The notes under the pieces: generated by a model | Database searches by the model: none | The model's input: the letters and a program-made list of their open reading frames with translations, nothing else | Told to the model about the DNA's origin: nothing | In this document: piece after piece, positions 31,289 to 41,777 of the stretch | Numbering within the stretch: position 1 is the stretch's first letter | Layout of the letters: each line of letters begins with the position of its first letter | From: Alphaproteobacteria bacterium | Lineage (GTDB): Bacteria; Pseudomonadota; Alphaproteobacteria; Bin95 | Length of the DNA stretch: 64,000 nucleotides | Direction of reading: 5' to 3' | NCBI GenBank assembly: GCA_965205265.1 | Contig: CBDBGH010000003.1 | Span: 2,624,001-2,688,000 of the forward strand | Program-made: the position numbers and the translations under genes

Positions 31289-32179
31289 CTACGCCTCCCC
31301 CACCGGGGTCATGGTGACTTCGTGGCGGCTGGTCTGGCTGCCGGCGCTGCGGAGCACGCCCCTGACCGGGGCCACGTCGGAATAGTCGCGGCCCCGCGCA
31401 ACCGCAACATGGCCGTCGCCGGCGAGGCAGGCATTGGTCGGGTCGTATTCCACCCAGCCGGCCCCCTGCCCGCACCAGGCCCGCACCCAGGCGTGCATCG
31501 CGTCCGCCCCCTGCAGGCGCGGCCTGCCCGGCGGCGGGTCGGTGCGCAGGAAGCCGCTCACATAGCCCGCCGGGATGCCGAGCGCGCGCAGGCACGCGAT
31601 CATCGCATGGGTGAAGTCCTGGCAGACGCCGCGCCCGCGCCGGAAGGCCTCCAGTGCCGGCGTGTCCACTTCGGTCGCATCCGCGTCGAACGCCATGTCG
31701 CGGTGGAGCGCCAGCCCGACCGCCTCCACCGCTTCCGCCGCGCCTGCGCCCGCCGGCAGGGCCGCGCGCGCATAATCCGCGAATTCCGGCTCCTCCGGCA
31801 GGCGCGGCGAGGCGGCGAGGAAATGGTGCGGCGCGTCCGGCGCGAGCGAGCGGATGGCGGCCATGTCCTCCGCCAGCGCGGCCGGCGGCGGCGAGCCGGG
31901 CAGCGCGCTCCGCCCCGCCTCGCGGCGCACGCGCGCGGCCAGCGAATAGACGACCTCTTCATGCGCGCCGGCGAAGGCCAGGTCCGTCGCCATGTTCCCG
32001 AAGAAGTCCCTTCGGTCGCAGCGTTCGGCGGGCGGCGGCGAGACATTGACGACGGCCGCCACCACATGCTGCTCGCCGGCCAGGGTCGGCGGCAGCATGC
32101 GGAGCGTCTGGCGGCTGGCCGCCGCCGGGGCGTCGTAATGCTGGCGGATCGCCAGCGCGATGTCGTAGAGCACCGCCAT
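31289..32179 (-). CDS. Transglutaminase family protein
   Basis: GVCQDFTH, YVSGFL, HAWV, DPTN, GRDYSDVAP. Confidence 0.92.
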   Translation of the reverse strand: MAVLYDIALAIRQHYDAPAAASRQTLRMLPPTLAGEQHVVAAVVNVSPPPAERCDRRDFFGNMATDLAFAGAHEEVVYSLAARVRREAGRSALPGSPPPAALAEDMAAIRSLAPDAPHHFLAASPRLPEEPEFADYARAALPAGAGAAEAVEAVGLALHRDMAFDADATEVDTPALEAFRRGRGVCQDFTHAMIACLRALGIPAGYVSGFLRTDPPPGRPRLQGADAMHAWVRAWCGQGAGWVEYDPTNACLAGDGHVAVARGRDYSDVAPVRGVLRSAGSQTSRHEVTMTPVGEA

Positions 32180-32184
32180 GGCGC

Positions 32185-34386
32185 TCAGGTGAGATAGGCC
32201 CCGGAGACGAGGTCGGAGAGTTCCTCCAGCCGTTCCCCGAGAGCGGCCAGCGCCGCCCTGTCCACCGTCTCCGGCGTCTCGACCGCGATGGCGGCATGGG
32301 CGCGCAGCGCGGCGCGCGCAAGCGGCGACATCACCCCGTGCGTCTCCGCGCCGGGCAGCAGCGCGATCAGGTTTCGCATCCGGTCCAGCAGGAAGAGCAC
32401 CGAGCGCGGGTTCATGGTGTCGAACACCATGAGGTCCACCACCATGTTGCGCTGCGTGCCGAGCGAATAGCGGCGCTGGTAGGTCATGGTGCAATCGCCG
32501 ACCTCCATGGCGAGGTCGAGCGCGCCCTCCGGCGCGGCCGGGTCGGCGAAATGCGCCAGCGCCGAGGCCATGCCGGACGCCCGCTCCAGCTCCCGCCCGA
32601 GGATGAGGAAGCGCCAGCCGGTGAAGCGGTACATGTTCTCGTGGACGAGGCCGCTCAGGCCCGCAAGGCGGTGCAGCAGGGCGGTCATGATGCGCGCCGT
32701 GTCGTCGCCGGCCCGGGCGGTCCGGGCCATCTCCTCGGCGGCCTCCGTCAGGTTGCGCAGCGCCGTCCAGCCGTCGATGGAAAAGCGGTCATGCACGCGG
32801 CTCGCGCAAATGAGCGCGGAGTCGAGCGTCCCGAGCAGGCCCTGCGGCACGGCCTCGCCGGGGTCGAGCGGCAGGTCGTGGAGATAGCCCCGGAGGCTCG
32901 CGAGGAGCGGGCTGTCGCGCACGCCGGTCTCCGCCATGCGCAGGTGGAGCGCGCGCAGCAGCCGGATCGCCGCCTCGGCCCGCTCGACATAGCGGCCGAG
33001 CCAGAAGAGGTTGTCGGCCGCCCGGCTCGGCAGCGTGCCCGCCAGCGGGCGGACATAGGCGTCGGAGGGCCTGACGGCCATCGTATCGACCGGCACGGGC
33101 TCGTCGCTCACTACCCAGATGTCGGCGACGGCGCCCGGGTCCTGCGCCGGGACGCCGCCGAGCCGGGCATAGCCGCCGGGCATCGCCCGCCAGCCTTCCG
33201 GCGTGCGCGCGAGGAAGAGGCGCAGGCTCACCGGCCGGGCCCGGAGCGCGCCATCGGTCCAGGCCGGCGCGGTGGAGAGCGGCGCGGCCTCCGCTTCCGC
33301 CGCCCACCAGCCCTCCGGCGCGCCCGGCGGCGGGCCGCCCCGGCTCTCCGCGATCCCGGGCAGAAAGGACGCGAGCGCCGGGTCTTCGAGCACGCCGGAG
33401 CCGAGCGCATTGACCGCCGAGAGCGCGCCTTCCCGGATCGCCGAGACGAGGCCCGGCACGCCGGCGCCCGATGCCTCGTCGAACTCCAGCGGGTCCGCCC
33501 GCCCGGAGCGGAGCCGGCGCCAGACGACCCCGAGCGGGCGCGGGCCGGCCACGGTGCGGACGGTGGCCGCGCCGTTCTCCACCGCGATGTCCTCGCCCTC
33601 GAACAGCATGAAGCCCAGATAGCGCGCCAGATAGGCATGCTCGAAATAGTTCGGACCCCCGGGACCGGAGGTCAGCATGCCCACGCGCCCGCCGCCGACC
33701 CGGTCGAGCCCGGCGAGCGCATTGCGGAAGGCCCGGAAAAAGCCGGCCAGGCGATGCACATGCGAGTCCTGGAACAACTCCTGGAACACGCGCTGCGTGG
33801 CGAGCCGCGTTTCCAGCGCGGTGCCGGCGCCGGCGGGCGAGTCGGTGCGGTCGCGCAGCACCCGCCACCGGCCGTCCGGCCCGCGCGCGACATCGAAGGC
33901 GAGGAAATGCAGCCAGTGGCCGGAAGCCGGCCGGACGCCGACCAGCGGGCGCAGCCAGGCGGGACTGGCTGCGACCGGCCCGGCCGGCAGCAGGCCTTCG
34001 GCCACCAGCCGGTTCTCGCCATAGAGGTCGGCGGCGACCGCCTCCAGCAGCTCGGCGCGCCGCAGGAGGCCGCCGGCGAGGCTCTGCCATTCCCGCTCAT
34101 GCAGAATGAGCGGCACCGGGCTGAACGGCCATGTCCGCTCGCCCGCGCCCTCCGCACCCTGCCGGCGGAAGAACACGCCGGCGTCGTGAAGATACTGCTC
34201 GCCGCGCGCCGTGCGCCGCGTCAGCTCCGCCTCGGAAAGCCCGGCGAATCCCTCCATGAACTGCCGCCAGACCGGCCTTACGCGGCCTTCTCCGTCGAGC
34301 ACTTCGTCGAAACCGCCGGCCGGCGGCCGGTAGCCGGAGAGCCCCGCCCCTTGCTCCAACGCCTGCCGCCTCGCCGGATGCAGCAA
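32185..34386 (-). CDS. Circularly permuted ATP-grasp protein fused to an alpha-E domain; start uncertain
   Basis: [31 protein letters not shown]; alpha-E motifs [26 protein letters not shown]. Confidence 0.85.
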   Translation of the reverse strand: MLHPARRQALEQGAGLSGYRPPAGGFDEVLDGEGRVRPVWRQFMEGFAGLSEAELTRRTARGEQYLHDAGVFFRRQGAEGAGERTWPFSPVPLILHEREWQSLAGGLLRRAELLEAVAADLYGENRLVAEGLLPAGPVAASPAWLRPLVGVRPASGHWLHFLAFDVARGPDGRWRVLRDRTDSPAGAGTALETRLATQRVFQELFQDSHVHRLAGFFRAFRNALAGLDRVGGGRVGMLTSGPGGPNYFEHAYLARYLGFMLFEGEDIAVENGAATVRTVAGPRPLGVVWRRLRSGRADPLEFDEASGAGVPGLVSAIREGALSAVNALGSGVLEDPALASFLPGIAESRGGPPPGAPEGWWAAEAEAAPLSTAPAWTDGALRARPVSLRLFLARTPEGWRAMPGGYARLGGVPAQDPGAVADIWVVSDEPVPVDTMAVRPSDAYVRPLAGTLPSRAADNLFWLGRYVERAEAAIRLLRALHLRMAETGVRDSPLLASLRGYLHDLPLDPGEAVPQGLLGTLDSALICASRVHDRFSIDGWTALRNLTEAAEEMARTARAGDDTARIMTALLHRLAGLSGLVHENMYRFTGWRFLILGRELERASGMASALAHFADPAAPEGALDLAMEVGDCTMTYQRRYSLGTQRNMVVDLMVFDTMNPRSVLFLLDRMRNLIALLPGAETHGVMSPLARAALRAHAAIAVETPETVDRAALAALGERLEELSDLVSGAYLT

Positions 34387-34408
34387 CGCCCGCGCTCCGA
34401 GCGCAGCT

Positions 34409-36634
34409 TCAGAGCCGGATCGGCAAGGACTCGACCGGTTTGCCGGTCAGGGCGAAGATCGCATTGGCCATCGCCGGGGCCAGCGGCGGCAGGCCCGGTT
34501 CGCCGACGCCCGTCGGCGGCGCGTCCGACGGCACGATATGCACATCGACCGGCGGTATGTCGGGCATTCTCGGCATGGTGTAGCTGTCGAAATTGCCCTG
34601 CTCGACCGCACCGTCCCGCAATGTGATCTCCGCGCCGTCCAGCGTCGTGCCGATCGCCATCGCGACGGCGCCCTCGATCTGGGCTTCGACCGAACGGGGA
34701 TTGACTGCAAGATTGCAGTGGATCGCGCTGGTGACCCGATGCAGCTTCGGCGCGCCGTCCTCGATCGAAAGCTCCACGACATGGGCGACGACCGAGCGGA
34801 ACGACTCATGCACCGCAACGCCCCAGGCGCGCCCGTCCGGCAGCGCTTTCGCGCCGTAGCCGGATTTCCGGAGCGCGAGGTCGAGCGCCGCCAGATGCCG
34901 CGGATGCTTGCCGAGCAGCTCGCGGCGCAGGTCCACAGGGTCGCGCCCGGCTTCGCCGGCGATCCGGTCGATGAGCGTCTCCATCACGAAGGCGGAGTGG
35001 GTATGCCCGACGGAGCGCCACCAGAGCATCGGCACGGCGACGGCGGGATGGTGGACCGAGACCGCAATCGGCAGGTCGTAGGCCGTGTCGGCCACGCCCT
35101 CCACCGCCGTCGCGTCCACGCCGTCCTTGACCAGGAAGGCCTCGAAAGCCGTTCCCTTGAGGATCGAAGGACTGACGATCGTGTGTTTCCAGGCCGCGAT
35201 CCGCCCGTCTTCGCCGAGGCCGATCTCGGCCCGGTGCATGGTGAGCGGGCGGTAGTATCCGCCCCGGATATCGTCTTCCCGCGTCCAGATCACCTGGAGC
35301 GGTTCGCTCCGGCCGGCGGCAAGCCATGCCTTCATCACCCGCGCCGCATCGGCCAGGTAGTCGGCCGTCGGGGTGGCGCGCCGGCCGAAGCCGCCGCCGG
35401 CGAACATGGTGTGGATATGCACCTGCTCCGGTTTCAGCTCCAGGATCGACGCGACCGTCGCCTGGTCGATGGTCTGGAACTGGGTGCCAGTCCAGATGTC
35501 GCAGCGCCGGCCGCCGCCGGTTCCGGACATCTCGATCACCGCATTCAGCGGCTCCATCGGCGCGTGGGCGAGGAACGGAAAGCGGAAATCGGCGGTGATC
35601 GTCTTTGCCACGCCGGCCATGCCGGACAGGTCGCCGGGGCGCGCGGGCAGGCCGTCGCTGCCGAGCAGCGCCGCGAACTGCGCATCGAGCTTGCCGCTGT
35701 CGGGCAGCTCAGCCGGCGCCTTCCATTGGATCTCGAGCCGCTCCCGGCCCATATGCGCGGGCCAGAATCCGTCCGCTACCACGGCAACGCCGGTGGCGCC
35801 GCGATCCAGATCGACCTGCATCACGTGATCGACGCCCTTCACCGCCTGCGCCCCTGCGGTGTCGAAGCCGGCGACGGCGCCGCCGAATTGCGGCGGGCGC
35901 GCGATCAGCACGGTCTTCATGCCCGGCCGGCGCATATCCATGCCGAAGGCCTGCCGGCCGGTGGATTTGTCGGCTGCGTCGAGCCGGTTCGCCGGTTTGC
36001 CGATCAGCCGGAAATCGCTGCTCTGTTTCAACGTCACCGAGGCCGGCACCGGCAGCGCCATGGCGGCTTCGCTCATCTCGCCATAGCCTGCGCTTCGGCC
36101 GTCGGCGGCAATCAGCCGCCCGGCATCGGTCCGCACCGTCGCGGCATCGACCTGCCACTCGCGCGCGGCGGCCTCGACGAGCATCGCGCGCGCCCGCGCG
36201 CCGAGTTCCCGGTACTGGGTGAAGCTGTTCTGGATGGAGTTGGAGCCGCCCGTCATCTGGATGCCGAAAGCCGGGTCCTTGTAGGCCTCGCCCGCCGGCG
36301 CGAGTTCCGCGCGCACGCTGTTCCAGTCGGCGTCCAGTTCGTCGGCCAGAATGCGGGCCAGCCCGGTGTGGGAGCCCTGCCCGAACTCCAGGCGGTTGAT
36401 CTGTATCGTGACAACGCCCTCCCGGTCGATGTGCAGGAAGGCGCCGGGCTGCTGGGCCGGCTTCAGCTCGCCCGCAGCGGCCTTCGGCGTTGCGGCCCCG
36501 GCGGCGGCGGGAAGCAGCCCGAGAGCGAGGCCGGAGGCGCCGGTCAGCTTGATGAAGCGGCGCCGGCTCATGTCCGTTCCGGCGGCAGCGCGCCAGGCGG
36601 GTCCGATCCGGTCCATGATGGAAGGATTGGTCAT
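34409..36634 (-). CDS. iorB: Xanthine dehydrogenase family molybdopterin subunit (isoquinoline 1-oxidoreductase beta-like), Tat signal
   Basis: SRRRFIK, EFGQG, TGGSNS, HAPMEP, GGGFGRR, WWRSVG, GVGEPG. Confidence 0.88.
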   Translation of the reverse strand: MTNPSIMDRIGPAWRAAAGTDMSRRRFIKLTGASGLALGLLPAAAGAATPKAAAGELKPAQQPGAFLHIDREGVVTIQINRLEFGQGSHTGLARILADELDADWNSVRAELAPAGEAYKDPAFGIQMTGGSNSIQNSFTQYRELGARARAMLVEAAAREWQVDAATVRTDAGRLIAADGRSAGYGEMSEAAMALPVPASVTLKQSSDFRLIGKPANRLDAADKSTGRQAFGMDMRRPGMKTVLIARPPQFGGAVAGFDTAGAQAVKGVDHVMQVDLDRGATGVAVVADGFWPAHMGRERLEIQWKAPAELPDSGKLDAQFAALLGSDGLPARPGDLSGMAGVAKTITADFRFPFLAHAPMEPLNAVIEMSGTGGGRRCDIWTGTQFQTIDQATVASILELKPEQVHIHTMFAGGGFGRRATPTADYLADAARVMKAWLAAGRSEPLQVIWTREDDIRGGYYRPLTMHRAEIGLGEDGRIAAWKHTIVSPSILKGTAFEAFLVKDGVDATAVEGVADTAYDLPIAVSVHHPAVAVPMLWWRSVGHTHSAFVMETLIDRIAGEAGRDPVDLRRELLGKHPRHLAALDLALRKSGYGAKALPDGRAWGVAVHESFRSVVAHVVELSIEDGAPKLHRVTSAIHCNLAVNPRSVEAQIEGAVAMAIGTTLDGAEITLRDGAVEQGNFDSYTMPRMPDIPPVDVHIVPSDAPPTGVGEPGLPPLAPAMANAIFALTGKPVESLPIRL

Positions 36635-36647
36635 GATGCGCTCTCCC

Positions 36648-37106
36648 TCAGGCCAGGTTGGCCGCGGCGGCCTTGACGGCCGCCCGGATGCGCCCGTAGG
36701 TGCCGCAGCGGCAGATATTGCCGGCCATCGCGTCGTCGATGTCGGCGTCTCCGGGCGCGGTGTTGTCGCGCAACAGCGCGACCGCGCTCATCACCTGTCC
36801 GCTCTGGCAATAGCCGCATTGCGGCACGTCCTTTTCGACCCAGGCCTCCTGGACGGCGCGGCCGATGCGGTCGCTGCCGATCTGCTCGATAGTGACCACC
36901 GAAGCGCCTTCCACATCCGCAACCGGCGTCACGCAGCTGCGCACCGGCTCTCCGTCCAGGTGGACCGTGCACGCGCCGCACTGGGCGAGGCCGCAACCAT
37001 ATTTCGTGCCGGTCAAATCGAGCGAATCGCGAAGCACCCAGAGCAGCGGCGTCGAGTCATCGACATCCGCGGTCACGCTCCGGCCGTTGACATTGAAGCT
37101 TGCCAT
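36648..37106 (-). CDS. iorA: (2Fe-2S)-binding subunit (isoquinoline 1-oxidoreductase alpha-like)
   Basis: [31 protein letters not shown]; RBS AGGAGG. Confidence 0.9.
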   Translation of the reverse strand: MASFNVNGRSVTADVDDSTPLLWVLRDSLDLTGTKYGCGLAQCGACTVHLDGEPVRSCVTPVADVEGASVVTIEQIGSDRIGRAVQEAWVEKDVPQCGYCQSGQVMSAVALLRDNTAPGDADIDDAMAGNICRCGTYGRIRAAVKAAAANLA

Positions 37107-37248
37107 TGAATTTCCTCCTGTTCGAGCACCGCGCGCTTTGAACCAATCTAACCCCGAATCACGGATATGTCCGGTCCCGAAACCGGGAAAACGCACCTGC
37201 TGCCGGCGCTCCCGGCATGCGGCTCCGGGGCGGGCGGGTCAGGCGAAA

Positions 37249-37632
37249 TCAGACAGCCTCCGCCTCCACGCTCCCGGTTTCCCGTCGCAGTTTCATCAGG
37301 TGAAGGGGGAGTTCCGTGCGCAGCTTGCCCGCATCGACATGCCAGGGGGCGCCCCAGCCCGCCTGGACCGGGTCCCGGAAAGGGCCCGCCGGCACTGCCG
37401 TTCCTTCGAGGCGTTCCCTGCAGAAGCGGGCGGCACGGCCGAGATTGCCGTCGGGGTCCTCGACCCGGCCGCGCGCCAGTTCGCAGGCATAACCCAACTG
37501 GCGCAGAGAAGCCTCATCCTCGCGGCCGTCGGGCATATGCCGGCCGGCCGCTACCTTCGCGAGGAGTTCCATCAGGTCGCGTTCCCTGCGCCGCGCGGCG
37601 CCGAAGACATTCTCACGACGGCCCGGAGACAT
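37249..37632 (-). CDS. Hypothetical protein, possible AbiEi-like antitoxin C-terminal domain
   Basis: 127 aa; purine-rich RBS GAGGGAAGG; overlaps the 3' end of the nucleotidyltransferase gene by 20 nt; RQLGYACEL motif. Confidence 0.55.
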   Translation of the reverse strand: MSPGRRENVFGAARRRERDLMELLAKVAAGRHMPDGREDEASLRQLGYACELARGRVEDPDGNLGRAARFCRERLEGTAVPAGPFRDPVQAGWGAPWHVDAGKLRTELPLHLMKLRRETGSVEAEAV

Positions 37633-38185
37633 CGCCTTCCCTCGCAACGATCTCTTTCGCTTCCTCGAAATTACGCCGGACAAACGTAGTATCCCCTACA
37701 TAGTAGTCCAGAGCTTCTTCCATTCTTTCCGCGAAGAGCGACGGATCGACAAGGCCGTGCGCGGCAAGCTGGCGGATGTCTTCCCGGTCGCGATCAGAGA
37801 ACCGTGCGACCTTCGATACCGCCAGATCGACGGGGTCCATTACGAGGATGACGATATTTCCCGCCCGGTGTACTTCCTGCGCCCGCTTCCCCCAATCCGG
37901 CGGAAACGACCCCATTGCGTCGGAAAAGCTGCCATCCATTGCAACCAGATGCCGGTCATGCGGATCGTCCGGGTTCGGCGCTTCGAAGACCTGCATGTCC
38001 GGCGGGATGGGAACGCGATGCGACCAGTCGATGTCCACATCGTCCGACATTCGGTGCCCCGTGTAGTAATTCACGGCGATACCGCCCGCGATCCTGGCCT
38101 CGACAGGTTCCCCGAGGTTCCCCAGGCGGTCCGAGAGAGATTCGAGATGCCGGCGCAGCGCGGGCAATAGCTGGCGATCCGTCAT
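37613..38185 (-). CDS. Nucleotidyltransferase, DUF6036/AbiEii-like
   Basis: AGGIAVNYYTGHRMSDDVDI (GG...R.S.DxD) and SKVARFSDRDREDI (K..R...D..D); RBS AGGAG. Confidence 0.78.
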   Translation of the reverse strand: MTDRQLLPALRRHLESLSDRLGNLGEPVEARIAGGIAVNYYTGHRMSDDVDIDWSHRVPIPPDMQVFEAPNPDDPHDRHLVAMDGSFSDAMGSFPPDWGKRAQEVHRAGNIVILVMDPVDLAVSKVARFSDRDREDIRQLAAHGLVDPSLFAERMEEALDYYVGDTTFVRRNFEEAKEIVAREGDVSGPS

Positions 38186-38327
38186 GCCGGGCGCTCCTGC
38201 TGCTTGGTCTGCCTTTCGCTTTGGCGAGAAGTATATTCATGTCCAGCCCGGACACCGAGCCGCAATACTCCTTACGCCGCCACGGCCTTGTTGCGCGCGG
38301 CCGGCTGCCATGCTTCCTTTCGCGCCG

Positions 38328-39230
38328 ATGTTGAAGAACCTCTGGTACACGGGCGCGCCGCTCGACCGCGTCTCGCATCTGCGCGAGGACGCGGCCTGGG
38401 TCGCCGCGCGCCGGCGGGCGAAGGACACGCGGCTGGTGCCGGTCTGGCGCTCGCGCTCGCTGGTCCACACGGAGGACGACCGGGCGCTGATCCTGACCGT
38501 CGAGGAAGCCGGCGAGCTGCTCGATTCGGCCCAGCACGAGGTGGTGCTCGGGCTGGAGGGCGACACGCTCTATATCGGCCTCGACCTCTCCCATCTCGAC
38601 GACCCCTACGGCCATCCGCGCATCGAGGCGGAAGGCGCGTTCGAGGACCTGCGCCAGATCGGCCCGGTCATTCCGGCGGACGAGGGCGCCATCCTCGCCC
38701 ATGCTCGCGGCATGATGACCTGGCACCAGCGCCATCTCTTCTGCGGCGTGTGCGGCGCGCCGACGGAGGTGAGCCACGGCGGCTACCAGCGCAACTGCAC
38801 CGGCTGCAGCGCGCAGCATTTCCCGCGTACCGACCCCGCCGTCATCATGCTGGTCCACAAGGACGACAACTGCCTCTTGGGGCGGACGCACCAGTTCCCG
38901 CGGCGCATCTATTCCACGCTTGCGGGCTTCGTGGAGCCCGGCGAAAGCCTTGAGGAGGCGGTCGCGCGCGAGGTGTTCGAGGAGGCGGGCGTCACGGTCG
39001 GCGAGGTGCGCTACATGGCCTCCCAGCCCTGGCCCTTCCCGTCGTCGCTGATGCTGGGATTTCATGCCGAGGCGGAGGCGATGGCGCTCGATATCGACCC
39101 GAAGGAGCTCGAGGACGCCCGCTGGATGACGCGCGAGCAGATCGGCCGGATCGAGGAGTTCGACATGGAGCTGCCGCGCCGCGACAGCATCGCCTGGCGG
39201 CTGGTCAAGGCGTGGATGGACGGCCTCTGA
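38328..39230 (+). CDS. nudC: NAD(+) diphosphatase / NAD-cap decapping Nudix hydrolase
   Basis: Zn finger CGVCG...CTGC, FPRTDP, Nudix box GFVEPGESLEEAVAREVFEEAG, SQPWPFP. Confidence 0.93.
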   Translation: MLKNLWYTGAPLDRVSHLREDAAWVAARRRAKDTRLVPVWRSRSLVHTEDDRALILTVEEAGELLDSAQHEVVLGLEGDTLYIGLDLSHLDDPYGHPRIEAEGAFEDLRQIGPVIPADEGAILAHARGMMTWHQRHLFCGVCGAPTEVSHGGYQRNCTGCSAQHFPRTDPAVIMLVHKDDNCLLGRTHQFPRRIYSTLAGFVEPGESLEEAVAREVFEEAGVTVGEVRYMASQPWPFPSSLMLGFHAEAEAMALDIDPKELEDARWMTREQIGRIEEFDMELPRRDSIAWRLVKAWMDGL

Positions 39231-39261
39231 CCCGCCCGCGCCAGCAGGAAGGAGCCCTGCC

Positions 39262-40104
39262 ATGGTTTCGCGCCGCCGCTTTCTCGCAGGCTCGGCCGCC
39301 GCGGCGCTGCTGCCCCCGGCGGCCCGCGCCGCCGGTGCGCCGCTGCCGATCTTCGACGCCCATATCCATTTCAGCCACGATGCGGCCGCGCTCCTCTCCG
39401 CCGGCGAGGCTGCCGCCATTCTGGAGAAGGCGGGGCTGAAGCGGGCGCTGGTGTCGAGCTCGGGCGACGCCGGCACCCGCGCGCTCCACGCCGCCGCGCC
39501 GGACCTTGTGTTGCCCAGCCTGCGCCCCTACCGCCGGCGCGGCGAGACCGGCAGCTGGGTGGACGATCCGTCGGCGATCGACTTTCTGGAGGACCGTCTG
39601 AGGCGCTTCAGGTGGGTTGCGGTCGGCGAGTTCCACCTCTTCGCCCCGCAGACCGGCAAGGCCGTGCCGCGGCGCATGATCGAGCTGGCGCGCCAGCACA
39701 ATCTCCTCCTGCACGCCCACTCGGACGCCGGCGCGGTGGACGCCATCTTCGCCCAATGGCCGGAAGCGCGGGTGCTCTGGGCCCATGCCGGCTTCGTCGG
39801 TCCGGATGTCGTCGGCCCCATGCTCGCGAAGCACGCGAAGCTCTGGACCGACCTGGCCTTCCGCAGCGAGCACGCCCATGACGGCCGGGTCGATGACGAC
39901 TGGCGCGCCCTGTTCGCCGCCTTCCCGGACCGCGTCACGGTCGGCACCGACACCTTCACGCCGGAGCGGTGGCACTATGTCGCCGCGCACGCCGAGTGGA
40001 CCCGGCAATGGCTGGCCGACCTGCCGCCCGACCTCGCCGAAAGGATCGCGTGGCGCAACGGCGAGGCGATGATCCGGCCGCATCTCGCAAACCTCCGCAC
40101 CTGA
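39262..40104 (+). CDS. Tat-exported amidohydrolase/TatD-like TIM-barrel protein
   Basis: MVSRRRFL Tat signal; DAHIH, GEFHL, HAHSD, WAHAG, GTD. Confidence 0.85.
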   Translation: MVSRRRFLAGSAAAALLPPAARAAGAPLPIFDAHIHFSHDAAALLSAGEAAAILEKAGLKRALVSSSGDAGTRALHAAAPDLVLPSLRPYRRRGETGSWVDDPSAIDFLEDRLRRFRWVAVGEFHLFAPQTGKAVPRRMIELARQHNLLLHAHSDAGAVDAIFAQWPEARVLWAHAGFVGPDVVGPMLAKHAKLWTDLAFRSEHAHDGRVDDDWRALFAAFPDRVTVGTDTFTPERWHYVAAHAEWTRQWLADLPPDLAERIAWRNGEAMIRPHLANLRT

Positions 40105-40106
40105 CC

Positions 40107-40517
40107 ATGGCCCGGCGGCGCCTCGGCGGACCGGTTCTGGCGGCCGCGCTCGCGCTCGTTCTCGCAGCCGACCGGGCGGCGGCCTGTCCCCGTCCGGAGG
40201 GTTGGACCGGCGGCGCGAAAATCGCCGGAACGCTGTGGACGGCATGGTGGCGGGCGGAACCCGCTCCCGTTCCGGTCGGCGCGCATTTTTCCATCCGCTT
40301 CCATCTGTGCGGGCCGCCGGTCGAACGGGTCCGGGTGCGCGGCTGGATGCCTGACCACCGGCACGGCATGAACTACCGGCCCGCCGTGACCCTCAACGGC
40401 CTGTCCGGAAAGGCCGAGGGGCTGCTGTTCCACATGCCGGGCCGCTGGCGGTTGATGCTGGATGTCCGCGGCGCGGCGGGCGGGGAGACGCTGACCGCCG
40501 AAACGGTGCTGGAATGA
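40107..40517 (+). CDS. Exported His/Met-motif protein (YtkA/FixH-like Ig fold)
   Basis: Signal peptide; GWMPDHRHGMNYRP and GLLFHMPGRW motifs; 2 nt after the upstream stop, ATGA overlap with the downstream gene. Confidence 0.75.
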   Translation: MARRRLGGPVLAAALALVLAADRAAACPRPEGWTGGAKIAGTLWTAWWRAEPAPVPVGAHFSIRFHLCGPPVERVRVRGWMPDHRHGMNYRPAVTLNGLSGKAEGLLFHMPGRWRLMLDVRGAAGGETLTAETVLE

Positions 40518-41728
40518 CGCCCCGGCGCTCCGGGACCCCGGTTGCCGCCCGGCTGGCCGGACTTGCGATCCTGTTCTGCATGGTTTCCGGCATCCCCACA
40601 CCGGCGCCGGCGCTGGACTTCACCGCCGCGGAAAAGCGCCGCATCCTGCGCCACGGGCCGTGGCCGCCGGCCCCGGCGCCCGATCCGAGCAACCGGGTTT
40701 CCGGCAAACCCGCCGCCATCGCCTTCGGCCGGGCGCTGTTCTTCGATCCGCGCCTGTCGATCTCGGGCGCGGTCTCCTGCGCAAGCTGCCACCCGCCGGA
40801 CCGGGCCTGGACCGACGGCCTGCCGCAGAGCCGCGGACAGCAGGTCGTGGACCGCAACGCGCTCAGCCTGTTCAACCTGCGGTTCAACCGCTGGTTCGGC
40901 TGGGACGGCGCGCAGGACACGCTTTGGGCGCAGAACCTCAGGCCGCTGCTCGACCGGCGCGAAATGGGCGTCGGCCCGGACGGCGCGGCGCGGCTGGTGC
41001 GCTCGGACAAGCAGCTTTCCTGCGGCTACCGGCGCGCGTTCGGCGCAGCGCCCGGCGCGGACGACGAACGGGTCTTCGTCGATCTCGGCAAGGCGCTGGC
41101 GGCGTTCCTGGAAACGCAGGTCACCGGCCGCACGCCGTTCGACGAGTTCCGCGACGCGCTCGCGCTGGGCGACGCTGCCGGCATGGCCCGCTATCCCGCC
41201 GCCGCCCGGCGCGGCCTCCGCCTGTTCGTCGGCCGGGGCAATTGCGCCGTCTGCCATTTCGGCCCGGCCTTCACCAATGGCGAGTTCGCCGACGCCGGCG
41301 TGCCGCATTTCGTCGAGCCCGGCCGGGTCGATCCGGGCCGGCTGGAGGGCATCCGCAAACTGCGCCGGAGCCCCTACACCCTGCTGGGCGCTTACAATGA
41401 CGATGCTGAACGCTCCACCGCCGCCAAGACCCGCTATGTCCGTCTGCGCCAGAGCAATTTCGGCGAGTTCCGGGTGCCGGGCCTGCGCAATGCCGCACTC
41501 ACCGCGCCCTATATGCATGCCGGCAGCCTCGGGACGCTCGCGGACGTGGTCCGCCACTATTCGACGCTCGACGAGGACCGGCTGCACGCCGGAGGCGAGC
41601 GGATTCTGCGCCGCCTGGACCTCGGCGCCCGCGAACAGGCCGATCTCGTCGCCTTTCTCGAAACGCTGACGGAAAAGCAGCCGCGCCGCGAAGCGATAGG
41701 GAAATCAGGCAACGCCATGTGCCGGTAG
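40514..41728 (+). CDS. Di-heme cytochrome c peroxidase / MauG superfamily protein
   Basis: GR.LFFDPRLS, CASCH, FGWDG, CAVCH, FRVPGLRN..LTAPYMH. Confidence 0.9.
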   Translation: MTPRRSGTPVAARLAGLAILFCMVSGIPTPAPALDFTAAEKRRILRHGPWPPAPAPDPSNRVSGKPAAIAFGRALFFDPRLSISGAVSCASCHPPDRAWTDGLPQSRGQQVVDRNALSLFNLRFNRWFGWDGAQDTLWAQNLRPLLDRREMGVGPDGAARLVRSDKQLSCGYRRAFGAAPGADDERVFVDLGKALAAFLETQVTGRTPFDEFRDALALGDAAGMARYPAAARRGLRLFVGRGNCAVCHFGPAFTNGEFADAGVPHFVEPGRVDPGRLEGIRKLRRSPYTLLGAYNDDAERSTAAKTRYVRLRQSNFGEFRVPGLRNAALTAPYMHAGSLGTLADVVRHYSTLDEDRLHAGGERILRRLDLGAREQADLVAFLETLTEKQPRREAIGKSGNAMCR

Positions 41729-41777
41729 GGCGGCATCCGACCTTTCTGGAGCGGGGCAGCGGCGGACGGAGCGGATT

